Positions 28,501 to 38,995 of a stretch of 64,000 bases of DNA are shown here, in pieces. The notes beneath the pieces were generated by a model. It ran no database searches, was not told where the DNA came from, and saw only the letters and a program-made list of their open reading frames with translations. The first letter of the stretch is position 1; every line of letters begins with the position of its first letter. This stretch comes from Methanobacteriota archaeon (lineage in GTDB: Archaea > Halobacteriota > Bog-38 > Methanoflorentales > Methanoflorentaceae), in the NCBI GenBank assembly GCA_963719035.1, contig CAVRAO010000002.1, forward strand, positions 448,001 to 512,000, written 5' to 3'. The position numbers and the translations under genes are program-made.

Positions 28501-28974
28501 CTATAGTTCTTGCAACCCCTCAACAAACTGGCGTAGCTTGTCTTGATAAACGCCTTTCTTGACCTCTTTTTCCTGGAGAGCAAGGATGCTTACCGGGCGT
28601 CTTTCACAGAGTGCTTCCATCTCAGCAAATAACTGCTGACTCTCACCACCGCCATTTGTGCAAAAAAATGCTACCCGTGTGAACTTCGACTTATTGTTGG
28701 TGATGTAGGTCCGCGGAGCACTCGACAACGTGCCTGCCCAAATGGGCGTGCCGAGTATTACTAAATCGTATGACGCGGGATCACGTTTGATGTCTGTGAG
28801 CTTGGTGAGCTTCTTTGCCTTTGCGTCCCTTCCAGCCGACACAAAGCCCAGAGGCCCGCTGCGTTTTTTTGTATCAATAAGTTCTTCACTGTCGCAGTTG
28901 AGCGACTCAGCAAGCGCTTCCGCTACCTGTTTGGTCGCACCTGTTCGCGAATAAAATACCACTAAAGCCTTCAT
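28501..28974 (-). CDS. flavodoxin family protein
   Basis: YSRTGAT, GTPIWAG, FFCTNGG. Confidence 0.85.
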   Translation of the reverse strand: MKALVVFYSRTGATKQVAEALAESLNCDSEELIDTKKRSGPLGFVSAGRDAKAKKLTKLTDIKRDPASYDLVILGTPIWAGTLSSAPRTYITNNKSKFTRVAFFCTNGGGESQQLFAEMEALCERRPVSILALQEKEVKKGVYQDKLRQFVEGLQEL

Positions 28975-29065
28975 TATAAGTTCCTTCCGTAAGTTAATTC
29001 GGTTTACCGGCTTAAGGCTTTTTGCGGCAGTTCATCATTTTAATCTAGTGGATTGAAATACCCTT

Positions 29066-30940
29066 TTAACTATTTATTAAGTGCATCACTATTTTTTCAA
29101 CTTCGACTGCCTTGCCATTCTTAAGATTTTTGATGCAACTATGCTGCGCTTCACGAATTTCAGCAGTAGGCTCATTAGCAATAGCCGTGAACTGAGAAAC
29201 CAGCCGCTTAGCCCCGACAAAATTCCCGACACTTACCCGCCGATTAACTCCGCGGACATCTAAAACCGTCCCGTCCATACAAGGCGGGTGCTCACAATAC
29301 AGACATTCAGAAGCAAATCGCATCACCTCGCGAATAGCCTCAGGCTCATCAGTAAATAGCTCAGACCTCTTAAACGGATGCGGTACAATCTCAACATAGT
29401 TGGGCATATCCTTCTTATAGGTGAATGGCTCCAAGCCGCGTTTCTTCAAAATGGCGTTGGCGGCGGTGAGGCCTGAGACGGTGACAGCGGGGGTTCCGGT
29501 GCCCATGCAGGTAGATTCGCCGCAATAGAACAAAGTGTCCCAAGGGCTTCTGATGTGCAGTCTTTTGAACATGTGTTGCCCGAGCATTTGTTTGGGGCCG
29601 GCGACGGCGCCATCATTCTTATTCGTGTAGCGCTCGATGGTGAGGGGGGAGGCTAGTTCGGCGTAGCGGACGGCTTGGCGGAAGCCGGAAAAGCGTTTTT
29701 CAATGACGTCCAGGATGCGTTGGACTTCGAGGTCTTTGCGTTGGCTGTAGGCTTCGGGGGAGAGGGATTCCCAGTTTTCGAAGGAGGGACCTATGGCGAT
29801 GACGGTGTGGACGTCATCATCGCAAAGGGTTTGGTCGTCGATGCTCATGATATAAAGGGTGACTTCGCTTTCGTCGATTTGGTCGGGATTGCCGATGAGC
29901 ATTTCGATAGGCAGGGTATCAGAAGGAATCACGCTTTTATCGACCGTAGTATAAAGAACGACGCTCGGGTACGTTGGAACAAGGTTCCGCGCCCATTCAT
30001 TCAACGAGGGGGGGAGGTAAGAGGTGTCGATGAGTTTTCCATAGAGGTTCCAAACAGTGCCAGAGTAAATGATATCATCGCCGTAGAAGCGTTTGCCGGT
30101 CGTGATTTCGACGCCGCAGGGTTTTTCGCCGTCAAACAATATTTGGCAGACTTCGCTTTCGTAGTGAATTTCACCACCGTTTTCTTCGATACTTTTTTCG
30201 AGTTTGCCGGGCAGGAAGAGGGTGGAGCCGGCCGGGTAGTAGCTGCCGCCGAAGTGGTTGTCCACGAACATGACGGCTGCAAGAATGGCTGGGGCTTCTT
30301 CGACCGTGGCGTAGCAGTAGGTGGAGGTGAGTTTGTCGAAGAACTTGAAAATTTCAGGGTCTTTGAAATACTGCCTCAGGAGGCTTCTGGCTGATTTGTT
30401 CATATAACTCAGGAAACGTGCGTAGGAAACCGGATGGCGTAACAGGCTTTTCAGAGACTCGACTTTGTCGGTTTCGTCGGGGGAGGAGAAAACCGGATTT
30501 TCGACCATGACGTGGTGGTAAATTTCGTTGAGGTCGTAGTAGAAGCGTTTGATGTTGGCTTTTTCAGAGGGAAAAACTATGCTGAGTTCTTCAGCAAAGA
30601 GGTCAAGGTCTTCGTGAAATATGATGCGGTGGCCCTTATAGACAACGGCGTAAAGCTGGTCGTGCTTGATGATGCGGATGGGTTCCTCCAGGCAGTTAAA
30701 AACTAAGCGGTGGGGGCTGAAGCCTTTCTCGCCGAAGCCGTAGAGCATGGCGGCGCCTTGGTCGAAAGTGGTTATGGCAGCTTGGTCAGAGGTAGCGGTG
30801 TCACGTTTGAAAACCCCGCAAGACCCGCCCGGGGTGAAAGTCTTTTCGAAGAGAAGCACTTTTTCGCCGCGTTTGGCCAGAAGGGCGGCAGCGGTTAAAC
30901 CGGAGAGGCCGGAGCCGATGATGAGGGTGGTTTTGGACAC
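29066..30940 (-). CDS. CrtI/CrtISO-like FAD oxidoreductase with C-terminal Cys-rich extension
   Basis: GSGLSG, GGSCG, FDQGA, CGESTCMGTGTPAV; tail CLYCEHPPC. Confidence 0.8.
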   Translation of the reverse strand: MSKTTLIIGSGLSGLTAAALLAKRGEKVLLFEKTFTPGGSCGVFKRDTATSDQAAITTFDQGAAMLYGFGEKGFSPHRLVFNCLEEPIRIIKHDQLYAVVYKGHRIIFHEDLDLFAEELSIVFPSEKANIKRFYYDLNEIYHHVMVENPVFSSPDETDKVESLKSLLRHPVSYARFLSYMNKSARSLLRQYFKDPEIFKFFDKLTSTYCYATVEEAPAILAAVMFVDNHFGGSYYPAGSTLFLPGKLEKSIEENGGEIHYESEVCQILFDGEKPCGVEITTGKRFYGDDIIYSGTVWNLYGKLIDTSYLPPSLNEWARNLVPTYPSVVLYTTVDKSVIPSDTLPIEMLIGNPDQIDESEVTLYIMSIDDQTLCDDDVHTVIAIGPSFENWESLSPEAYSQRKDLEVQRILDVIEKRFSGFRQAVRYAELASPLTIERYTNKNDGAVAGPKQMLGQHMFKRLHIRSPWDTLFYCGESTCMGTGTPAVTVSGLTAANAILKKRGLEPFTYKKDMPNYVEIVPHPFKRSELFTDEPEAIREVMRFASECLYCEHPPCMDGTVLDVRGVNRRVSVGNFVGAKRLVSQFTAIANEPTAEIREAQHSCIKNLKNGKAVEVEKIVMHLINS

Positions 30941-31215
30941 GACATCAAATGTTCGTTTCTTATTTAGGTATTTTTTCGAAAATCCTTATCCGCCATTTTC
31001 ACTTGGGAAATAGGTACTCACTGCCAATCCCACGTTGCGAATTTCAAAAGCATTCATCTCTCCAATACTTCATATATTTATCATACGCGCCGTAAGGCAA
31101 AGAGTGCTGACAACTACTCTACTCGATTCCACGAACCCCATGGTGAGGATGTACGCGCGATTGGATTTATTCCACCCCACTACATCGCCATGCTGCTCGG
31201 CACACTTCCACAGCT

Positions 31216-32073
31216 GTGCAGGTCAATCCCACGACAAGTTCAACGAATGCTAGCGCGCTCAACGCGACTCGCCTTAGCGCACCGTCCTCACAAGCTCAGA
31301 GCAACAATACTAACGCTACGCCGGCCGCAGTTATACTGAAAGTCGATGAATCATCCACAAACGCCCCTGTGATAAGCGGAGTCCTGAGCAGCATAGCGAA
31401 TGGTTTCAATTCGCAACTTACAGGTTCGACGCAAATCGTCGGCGTCGAGAACCAACAAGTTCTTTCATCGCAGTTCAAATATATCGATTTCTTTGTGCCA
31501 GGGATCATAGGCTTGACGGTCCTCACAACCGGCGTGCTTGGCACCGTTGGAACGAACACTCAGTATCGCAACAACGGAATCCTACGGAAACTCGCGACGA
31601 CACCTCTCGGAAAGTCTGAGTGGATTATATCTAAAATGTTGTATCAAACTGTCGTTATATTCATTTCAGCAACCTTAATTATCGTCGTAGCCAAGCTCGT
31701 ATATAACGTAACAGTAGTGCCCAATGAAGTTACCCTACTGCTCCTTTTTGTCGGCACTATATGCTTTACCGGAATTGGAATGATCATCGCGCGTTTTATA
31801 AAAGACGAGGACGCGGCAAATGCAGCAGCAAGCGCGGTCACTTTCCCAATGCTGTTCCTTGCCGGCACTTTCATCCCACTTGAAACGATGCCTGAATATC
31901 TCCAAATAGTTGCAAGGTTTCTTCCGCTTACTTATTTAAACTACGGGCTCAGAGACGCAATGATCCTCGGAGACACAGCAAGTGCATTGTATAACATGAT
32001 GATAGTATTAATCGCAGGGGCCATCTTCTTTGTAATCGGCTCAATTATAACCGATTGGCGCGAGGGCGGTTGA
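31216..32073 (+). pseudogene. ABC-2 type permease, N-terminally truncated
   Basis: YIDFFVPGIIG, GILRKLATTP, FPMLFLAGTFIP, LPLTY; lacks the first TM and has no ATPase partner upstream. Confidence 0.7.
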
Positions 32074-32247
32074 ACGGCGTTATGAAAAATATCCGACTCA
32101 CGCACGGAATAGATAGAGAAAACATCTGCCCTACCAACGCTTGTTGCTGAAGCGGTCCAATGAAACGCTTCAATTGCCGCTAGAATAAAAAAAGCTTTCG
32201 CTAGACAAAGAAGTAGCTAACACAAAAAAAGAAGACGCGGAGCGTTC

Positions 32248-33027
32248 TTACGCTCCCGCGTAGTACAATGTACCTTTTCCTCCCTCGCCGCGATCTCCTT
32301 GGTAGACCTTGACAGCATATTGCGTACCATCATAGTCGATTTGGTCGTCTTTCTTGTAAATAAAGCCAGTCAGCCAATACCCAATCTTACCGAGGACAAT
32401 AATCTCGCCCTTCGTCATTTGAGCACCAACTCGACTCTCTGCATCCCCTTCGATGACGATCTTACCACCGTGCGCGTGAATGCCGGCCTGGAGATCAACG
32501 TTACCTTTGACGACGATTTCGCCGGCTACCATAGCTTCGCCTAAGTCGCTCCCGGCATTGCCGCTTACGACGATCTTACCACCTTTCATGCCGCGCCAGT
32601 CACCGCGATAGCTAGCGCCGAGGTAATCACCTGCGTTTCCGTCGATGACCAATTCGCCGCCTTCCATGCCTATGCCAGCGTATGCACCGGCGTCACCGTT
32701 TACGCGAAGTCTACCTCCGATCATCCAGCCGCCTGCATACATGCCGACTGAGCCTTTTACCAGAAGCTTACCCGCGGACATTTTCATGCCTATATACTTC
32801 ACCTTCGGAACTGATCCATCGATGATGATGCCGATCTCGTTCGGGTCGGGGTCGGTTTCTCCAATTACGTCAAAATAGTCTCCGAGGGCGTACGTTCGGT
32901 TGCCCTCGTAGATCTCAACCGCTCGGACTTCGTCAAGCGTCTTGCCAGCAAAGTCGTCAGGCGTGACGTTATCCGCGTCGAGGAACATATACTCTTTGTC
33001 TTTAGGCCGAAGCGTGATCTTTTTCAC
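32248..33027 (-). CDS. fwdC: formylmethanofuran dehydrogenase subunit C
   Basis: GXGXG beta-helix repeats, YRGDWRGM. Confidence 0.93.
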   Translation of the reverse strand: MKKITLRPKDKEYMFLDADNVTPDDFAGKTLDEVRAVEIYEGNRTYALGDYFDVIGETDPDPNEIGIIIDGSVPKVKYIGMKMSAGKLLVKGSVGMYAGGWMIGGRLRVNGDAGAYAGIGMEGGELVIDGNAGDYLGASYRGDWRGMKGGKIVVSGNAGSDLGEAMVAGEIVVKGNVDLQAGIHAHGGKIVIEGDAESRVGAQMTKGEIIVLGKIGYWLTGFIYKKDDQIDYDGTQYAVKVYQGDRGEGGKGTLYYAGA

Positions 33028-34731
33028 TTACGCCACCCCCGGTTTGATAACTAGACCGCGTGCAACGTACTCGTCTTGGACTGGATAGTTGTTCTTCGTG
33101 ACGCTGTAGAACCTTAAGAACTTCTTTTCGATGTCCTGCATGATCGCTGGGTCCAGAACGCCGTCCGTGGCATCGACCCAAATCGTACGCTTGTTGCCCT
33201 TACTCACAACCTCTCCGTCTATGACGACGATGTCGCCACCTTTAATCGTGCAAGCCGTGTCTTTAAACGCCTTTTCAATGCCTGCAGGGTCCGTTGTGGG
33301 ATCCATGGTCTTCGGGTTGTAGTTGAATATCGCAACATCGGCGTCAGCGCCGACTCCCAGATGGCCCTTCATATCACCAAGTCCGAGCGCTCGAGCAGGA
33401 CCCGCGCGTGTCATCTTAGCAATGTCGTAGAAATCAAAAACGCGAGAGATACCGCCAATAGCGACCCGATCAGGCACTACCTTATGCAACGTCTCAAGTC
33501 GGTCCAGCCGAGCTTGATTTGACATAAGCCAGCTAATTATGCGTGGATAGCGCCTGAAAGGCCCAGCATTGGGATGATCTGTCGTAATGAACGCCTGCAT
33601 TGGATCATCGATCAGAAGCGCGAGCTCAAGTCCTATGGCCCACTGGATGCCGCACACACTAATCTTTGGGCTGTATATGTATGGAACGACGCCAGCAGCG
33701 GTTTCGAGTTCGATATCGGCATTTGACCACTTGAGGTGGTTCGTGTTATGGAGATAGAACTCCATCGGGCCGTCAGCGGTCATCGTTGTGGTCTCGTCAA
33801 GCGTGACAAACCCAACGTCGACCGTCATATTCTTATTCTTGTTTATGCTGTCAGCGATCGTTTGGGCTTCGGTTTCAAAGTCTTTCCACGTGGTACCACC
33901 ATACGAGTGGAACTGCATATGGGCAAAGTTGATCACTTGGTCCCTTTTTCCGTTCTTTGGCAAGATCCCTTCAAGGAGTTTGATGGAATCAAGAGTAGTT
34001 TGGTAGTTACCTGGATGCCCTAAGTTGTTGGGGTGGAGGTGAATCGAAGTCGGCAGGTTCAAAGCCTCATTCGCCTCGGCAAGCCCGCTGATAATCTCAG
34101 ATGGCATTACATCGAAATACGGAACTGGATCGTAAACGTTGACACAATTCATGCCCCATCCCCAGGCTTCTGAACCGCCTGGATTGACGAGCTTGATGGC
34201 GTATCCCTTCGTCGCATTGAGCATCCACGCTACGAAGGCGTTTAGTTTGTCCTGCTCTCCACGCTTAACGTACTCCATCACGAGCCAGTTGTTGCCGAGC
34301 AGTGTGTAGGCCGACTGGTCAATCAGCGGTGTGTCTGCCATTTCCTCATGCGTGTGCCGAGCTAATAGCGGCGGCATTGCCGCTTCGTTCACCTGGGTGT
34401 AGCCCATGCGCGAATATACGTAGCCGGTCTCAAACACAGAAGGAACTGAGAACCCGCCACCCGACCGCGTAAATTTGCCGCGCTTTGACGTATTAAACAG
34501 CTTATCCTCGGGCCTCATGTTGCGGCCAACGTTTACCTTAGGCCCTGCTACGTGGGCGTGTATGTCAATCCCACCTGCCATTACTACTTTGCCGCTCGCA
34601 TCGATGACTTTGGCGTTAGGAGAGACTTTGTCTACTATCTTGTCGTCTCGAATAGCGATGTCCATAACATCGCCATTTACGCCATTTTTAGGATCGTAGA
34701 CGTATCCATTTTTAACTATTATTTCACTCAC
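33028..34731 (-). CDS. fwdA: formylmethanofuran dehydrogenase subunit A
   Basis: DIHAHVAGPKVN, IHLHPNNLGHPG, TTDHPNAGPF. Confidence 0.95.
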   Translation of the reverse strand: MSEIIVKNGYVYDPKNGVNGDVMDIAIRDDKIVDKVSPNAKVIDASGKVVMAGGIDIHAHVAGPKVNVGRNMRPEDKLFNTSKRGKFTRSGGGFSVPSVFETGYVYSRMGYTQVNEAAMPPLLARHTHEEMADTPLIDQSAYTLLGNNWLVMEYVKRGEQDKLNAFVAWMLNATKGYAIKLVNPGGSEAWGWGMNCVNVYDPVPYFDVMPSEIISGLAEANEALNLPTSIHLHPNNLGHPGNYQTTLDSIKLLEGILPKNGKRDQVINFAHMQFHSYGGTTWKDFETEAQTIADSINKNKNMTVDVGFVTLDETTTMTADGPMEFYLHNTNHLKWSNADIELETAAGVVPYIYSPKISVCGIQWAIGLELALLIDDPMQAFITTDHPNAGPFRRYPRIISWLMSNQARLDRLETLHKVVPDRVAIGGISRVFDFYDIAKMTRAGPARALGLGDMKGHLGVGADADVAIFNYNPKTMDPTTDPAGIEKAFKDTACTIKGGDIVVIDGEVVSKGNKRTIWVDATDGVLDPAIMQDIEKKFLRFYSVTKNNYPVQDEYVARGLVIKPGVA

Positions 34732-34750
34732 GTTCTCTCACTCTCCTTCC

Positions 34751-36130
34751 TCACGTTGCCCGCTGCAATATACTGTCAAACGCTCTGACTTCTTCCGGCT
34801 CCTTGACCGCTGTGACTTCTGGGACTTCGAGCCCCTGAAGTTCCATTACGCGTCTGTGGATGCGCTCAATGATTTCTTTGTCAGTTAGAACCCCTTCAGG
34901 CGGTTCAACGACCTTTCTCATTCTTATGGGAACGTTGTCCATGCGATATGCGCTGCCTGCGTCCTCAATGCCCACGATCGCGCTTGGAATATACACGGAT
35001 GCTATCTCCGTCGTTGGAGTCACGTGTGGATCGATGGCTATCATCGGTATTGAGGCAAGCGTCCGCACCATGTTAATTGGGAAATGCGCTCCCGGATCCG
35101 CAGCAATGATCAGTGCCGCATCGGCTTCTTTACGTGCTAAGATGTCGGTTGCGGAGGTTTCGCCTGGATTGTACCGCGGGAACCCTCGGGCGAAGTCGAC
35201 CGCGTACGGAAACCCACATTCCCACAACGAAACTTGATCGGCTCCAGCAACGTTATAATGTCCTCGCATGGCCATAATGAGGAACTTTGTGTACGTGTTC
35301 AAGTCCCGCGTTAAGCTTATGGCGATGTCGATATTCCGATGCTTTCCTCGCGTCATCGTAAGGCCCATACCGAAGAAGATGATTCCAAATCGGCTGTCTT
35401 TCATCGTTTGCGCGACCTTTTCAATATCGGCTCTTGGGATCTCTGCCACAGATTCCGGAAGCGGTTCGCCTCTGAGAGCCACACGCAGCGCATTCATAAG
35501 CTCGTAGTCTCTTCCCTGCTCGGGTTGGATGAAGATATCAGCGTTCTTAGCCGTTTCGGTGTTACGGACATCGACAACGATTTCAGTTCTGTCGGACTTA
35601 CCCCGCTCGGTGAAGAAGCCGCGCTTGTACAACGAGTACCGGCTCATGTGGCGCGGATGTGCGTTTACGGGGTTGCACCCCCAGTAAAGCACCGTATCTG
35701 CGCGATTGATGATCTCGCCGAGAGTGCAGCTTGGAACGCCGACCGTGTGTATCGCCAACATCGACGGCCCGTGGCAACACACTGATGTGTTGTCCATCGT
35801 GCCGCCTACGTCTTCGGCAAGCGCCATGCCAGCCTCCTGCGCCTCACAATGAGTCGAGCTCCACCCATAGAGAAGCGGGTGTTTGGCGTTAACGAGAATC
35901 TCTGCTGCCTTGTTTATCGCCTCGTCCATCGTGCACTCGACGAGCTCCCCTCCTCTGCGCATGCGCGGATGCAAGTGCCGATCAGGCGCTTGAGCCGTCA
36001 TAAACTTATTGTCGCCGATGATGCATGCATTTCGTGTCGCGATGATCTTCTCGGCATCATCGATATCTACTTCGAGGTCATCACATAACGTTCCACAAAA
36101 TGGACACACGACGTCTGTTGCGGTTCTCAT
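34751..36130 (-). CDS. fwdB: formylmethanofuran dehydrogenase subunit B
   Basis: CPFCGTLCDD, SVCCHGP, MRGHYNV. Confidence 0.95.
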   Translation of the reverse strand: MRTATDVVCPFCGTLCDDLEVDIDDAEKIIATRNACIIGDNKFMTAQAPDRHLHPRMRRGGELVECTMDEAINKAAEILVNAKHPLLYGWSSTHCEAQEAGMALAEDVGGTMDNTSVCCHGPSMLAIHTVGVPSCTLGEIINRADTVLYWGCNPVNAHPRHMSRYSLYKRGFFTERGKSDRTEIVVDVRNTETAKNADIFIQPEQGRDYELMNALRVALRGEPLPESVAEIPRADIEKVAQTMKDSRFGIIFFGMGLTMTRGKHRNIDIAISLTRDLNTYTKFLIMAMRGHYNVAGADQVSLWECGFPYAVDFARGFPRYNPGETSATDILARKEADAALIIAADPGAHFPINMVRTLASIPMIAIDPHVTPTTEIASVYIPSAIVGIEDAGSAYRMDNVPIRMRKVVEPPEGVLTDKEIIERIHRRVMELQGLEVPEVTAVKEPEEVRAFDSILQRAT

Positions 36131-36546
36131 GCCTCTACTCCTCCTTGTGTCGTCATCTTTATGAGGGCGATGGCGCCTAAAACCTTCTTTCCTGGCGCAG
36201 GGGTTATGGTAACCATTATACCTTTGTATGAAGGCATCCCCGTCGTATTTGTCTCAGGATCGACGACTTGATTTGCCCATGGCCCCATCGGAATGAATAC
36301 GATTCCTGGATGCGGCCCATACGGCGATTTAATTGCTCGTACCACCACTTCACCGTAGTCAGACTTGACCAAGACGCTCGATCCCGGCCAAACGTTGAGC
36401 GTTTTGAAGTCGCTGGGATCGATATGCACGAACCCAGCAGCATCAATGTACTCTTGCTTGTCCTTCCATCCTTCGATGGCAACGCCCTGTTCAATGGTCC
36501 GTCCGGTGATGAGGTTAGCCGTAAAAACTGGGTCAGAACTCGTCAT
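36127..36546 (-). CDS. fwdD: formylmethanofuran dehydrogenase subunit D
   Basis: [26 protein letters not shown]; ATG at 36546 overlaps the end of mvhD. Confidence 0.92.
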   Translation of the reverse strand: MTSSDPVFTANLITGRTIEQGVAIEGWKDKQEYIDAAGFVHIDPSDFKTLNVWPGSSVLVKSDYGEVVVRAIKSPYGPHPGIVFIPMGPWANQVVDPETNTTGMPSYKGIMVTITPAPGKKVLGAIALIKMTTQGGVEA

Positions 36547-36991
36547 CCGCCGCGACACCTTCCTGCCCTGCTGCAACTGCCTGCTTCAACGGATTGGGGC
36601 CCAGTTTCTTAATGGTGTTGACCATATCCTGGACCACCTCTGCCCAAATGGCACCTTCTGAAGCGGATATCATTGTCATGCGCAAGCGCTCACGGTCGTA
36701 ACCGTACTCTTCAATGAGCTTTCTTAGGAGCGCAACGCGACGTCGCGACTTGAAGTTGCCAGCAAGATAGTGACAGTCACCAATGTGGCAACCCGATATA
36801 AGCACGCCATCCGCTCCAACGCTCAGGGCCTTCAGCACGAACGCTGGATCGAGTCTGCCTGTGCACATGATGCGGATGACTCGTACGTTCGTCGGGTACT
36901 GCATTCTCGAGGTACCAGCGAGGTCAGCCCCCGCATAGGTGCACCAGTTACAGAGTATACCTAAGATGTTTGGTTCAAATTCCTCTGCCAT
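36533..36991 (-). CDS. mvhD: MvhD [2Fe-2S] subunit
   Basis: [27 protein letters not shown]. Confidence 0.95.
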   Translation of the reverse strand: MAEEFEPNILGILCNWCTYAGADLAGTSRMQYPTNVRVIRIMCTGRLDPAFVLKALSVGADGVLISGCHIGDCHYLAGNFKSRRRVALLRKLIEEYGYDRERLRMTMISASEGAIWAEVVQDMVNTIKKLGPNPLKQAVAAGQEGVAADDEF

Positions 36992-36996
36992 TGCTA

Positions 36997-38977
36997 TCAC
37001 CACCCCTGGGCAAACGCTTCTATTTCACTCATAATCTGCTCATTCGTGAAGTGCTGCATCTTTATGGCGCCGCTTGGACACGCGGAACCGCACGTGCCGC
37101 AACCCTTACACTTCGCCTCATTGACGCTCGCAACAAGCTTGTCGTCAACTTGGTGCAGCTCAGTCGCGCCGTATGGGCACAGACCGATGCACGTGGCACA
37201 GCCCCCGCAGTGTTCCTGGTCTACGATAGCGTAGATCGGTTCGAGGGTGACTGATCCCCTGTGTATCGGGATTGATGCTGCTGCCGCTGCTGCCGCTGCG
37301 TGACTCACGACATCCGGAATATCTCTCGGTCCTTGGCACATCCCTGCTAAGAATACCCCATCAGTGGTCGTCGACATGGGGTTAAGCTTCGGGTGCGCTT
37401 CTAGCAAGAACCCATCCGGACTGTTAGAAAGCGTCAGAAGCGTCTTTATCTTCGATGTGCTCTCAGCGGGCACCACTGCATTTGCCAACACTACCATGTC
37501 AAGTTCCATCTCGAGGGTTTGTCCAAGGAGCGTATCCTCAGCCGTTACGGTAAGGTTCTTTGTGACCGGATCTTCGGTGATCCTCGAAACGCGACCTCGG
37601 ATAAACTTGCCGCCTTCATTCTGAATGCGGTAGTAGAACTCCTCGTACGCCTTGCCAAAGGCTCGTATGTCCATGTAGAACAAGTAGGGCACACATCCCG
37701 GCATCTTCTCGATCAACTGGTGAGCGTGCTTCAAGCTGTACATGCAGCATACACGCGAGCAGTACCGGCTTAGCACCGTCCTCTTCATCCTGATCACGCG
37801 AGCCTGCGCAGAGCACAAAGCCAACGCTCTTAGGCTTCTGACCGTCAGAAGGCCTGACGACGTTTCCACCTGTCGGACCGGATGCGCTGATCAACCGTTC
37901 TAACTCGAGCCCAGTCAAAACGTTGTCGAAGACCTTATAACCCCACTCTTCCTTGCGCTCAACGTCGTACATATCGAACCCAGTGGCGACGATAATCGTG
38001 CCCACCTTGACCGTCACGAGCTCGTCGGGCTTGTCGAAGTCAATTGCCTCAAGGTCGCCGCACGCTTCCTGGGTTTTACAGAGGTCACACTTGATACAGC
38101 TGTCCATGTCAATGGTGAACTTGAGCGGCACTGCCTGTGGGAACGGCACATAGGCCGCCTTTCGAGGCTGCAAGCCCAGGTCAAACTCGTTTGGCCGTGA
38201 AACAGGACATACCTCTTGGCATTTGCCACAGCCGTTACACTTGTCTTCGTACACATATCGCGACTTCTGGCGAATGGTAACGTCGAAGTTTCCTATGTAA
38301 CCGCTTACGTCTTCGACCTCCGAGTAGGTCATCAGCTCAATATTTGGATTGCGCTCAACGTCGACCATCTTGGGTGTCAGTATACATTGCGAGCAGTCGA
38401 GTGTGGGGAACGTCTTGTCGAGACGGGACATCATGCCGCCGATGGACGGCTCCTTCTCCACTAAATACGTCTTTATTCCCGCATCGGCAAGCTCCAGTGA
38501 GGCTTGGATGCCGGCGATACCTGCGCCGATAACGAGCGCAGCCTTTTCAACCGGCACTGTCTTTGCAGTGAGGGGCTCCAGCATTGATGCCCGCGCGACC
38601 TCCATTCTGACTACATCCTTTGCCTTTTGCATTGCCTTTTCTGGCTCTTCCATGTGAACCCACGTGTTCTGCTCTCGGATGTTCGCCATCGAAAACAGGA
38701 ACTGGTTTACTCCGCCCTCTTCAGTCGCTTTCCTAAACGTAGGTTCGTGTAGCCTTGGTGAACAAGCCGCTACGACCGTCCCGTTGAGGTTGTGTTCCTT
38801 GATGGCGTCTCTGATCATGGTTTGGCCGGGCGTTGAACACACATACGTATAATCCTCGGCGTATGCAACGTTCGGCAGCGTCTTTGCGTACTCAGCCAAC
38901 GCCTTAACGTCTATGACGCCTGCGATGTTAGTACCGCAGTGACATACGAATACGCCGATTCTCTTCTCTTCGTCCAT
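36997..38977 (-). CDS. hdrA: heterodisulfide reductase subunit A, with a +1 frameshift at 37765-37766 (likely sequencing error)
   Basis: [28 protein letters not shown]; removing one base gives [13 protein letters not shown] and 659 aa. Confidence 0.92.
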
Positions 38978-38995
38978 TTGTGTTTACCTCCTCCC

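Larger units (their letters stand above)
21913..31182. mobile_element. mosaic accessory region (boundaries approximate)
   Basis: tRNA half, integrase-like relic, truncated SDR and truncated ABC permease at junctions, accessory cargo. Confidence 0.5.

Noticed and set aside
29675-30394. Long antisense ORFs (e.g. 29675-30394, 4181-4759, 57320-57880, 40407-40883)
   Set aside because: Shadow frames opposite well-supported genes, with no recognisable motifs
37755-37775. Programmed ribosomal frameshift in hdrA
   Set aside because: No slippery run at the site; a single-base error is more parsimonious
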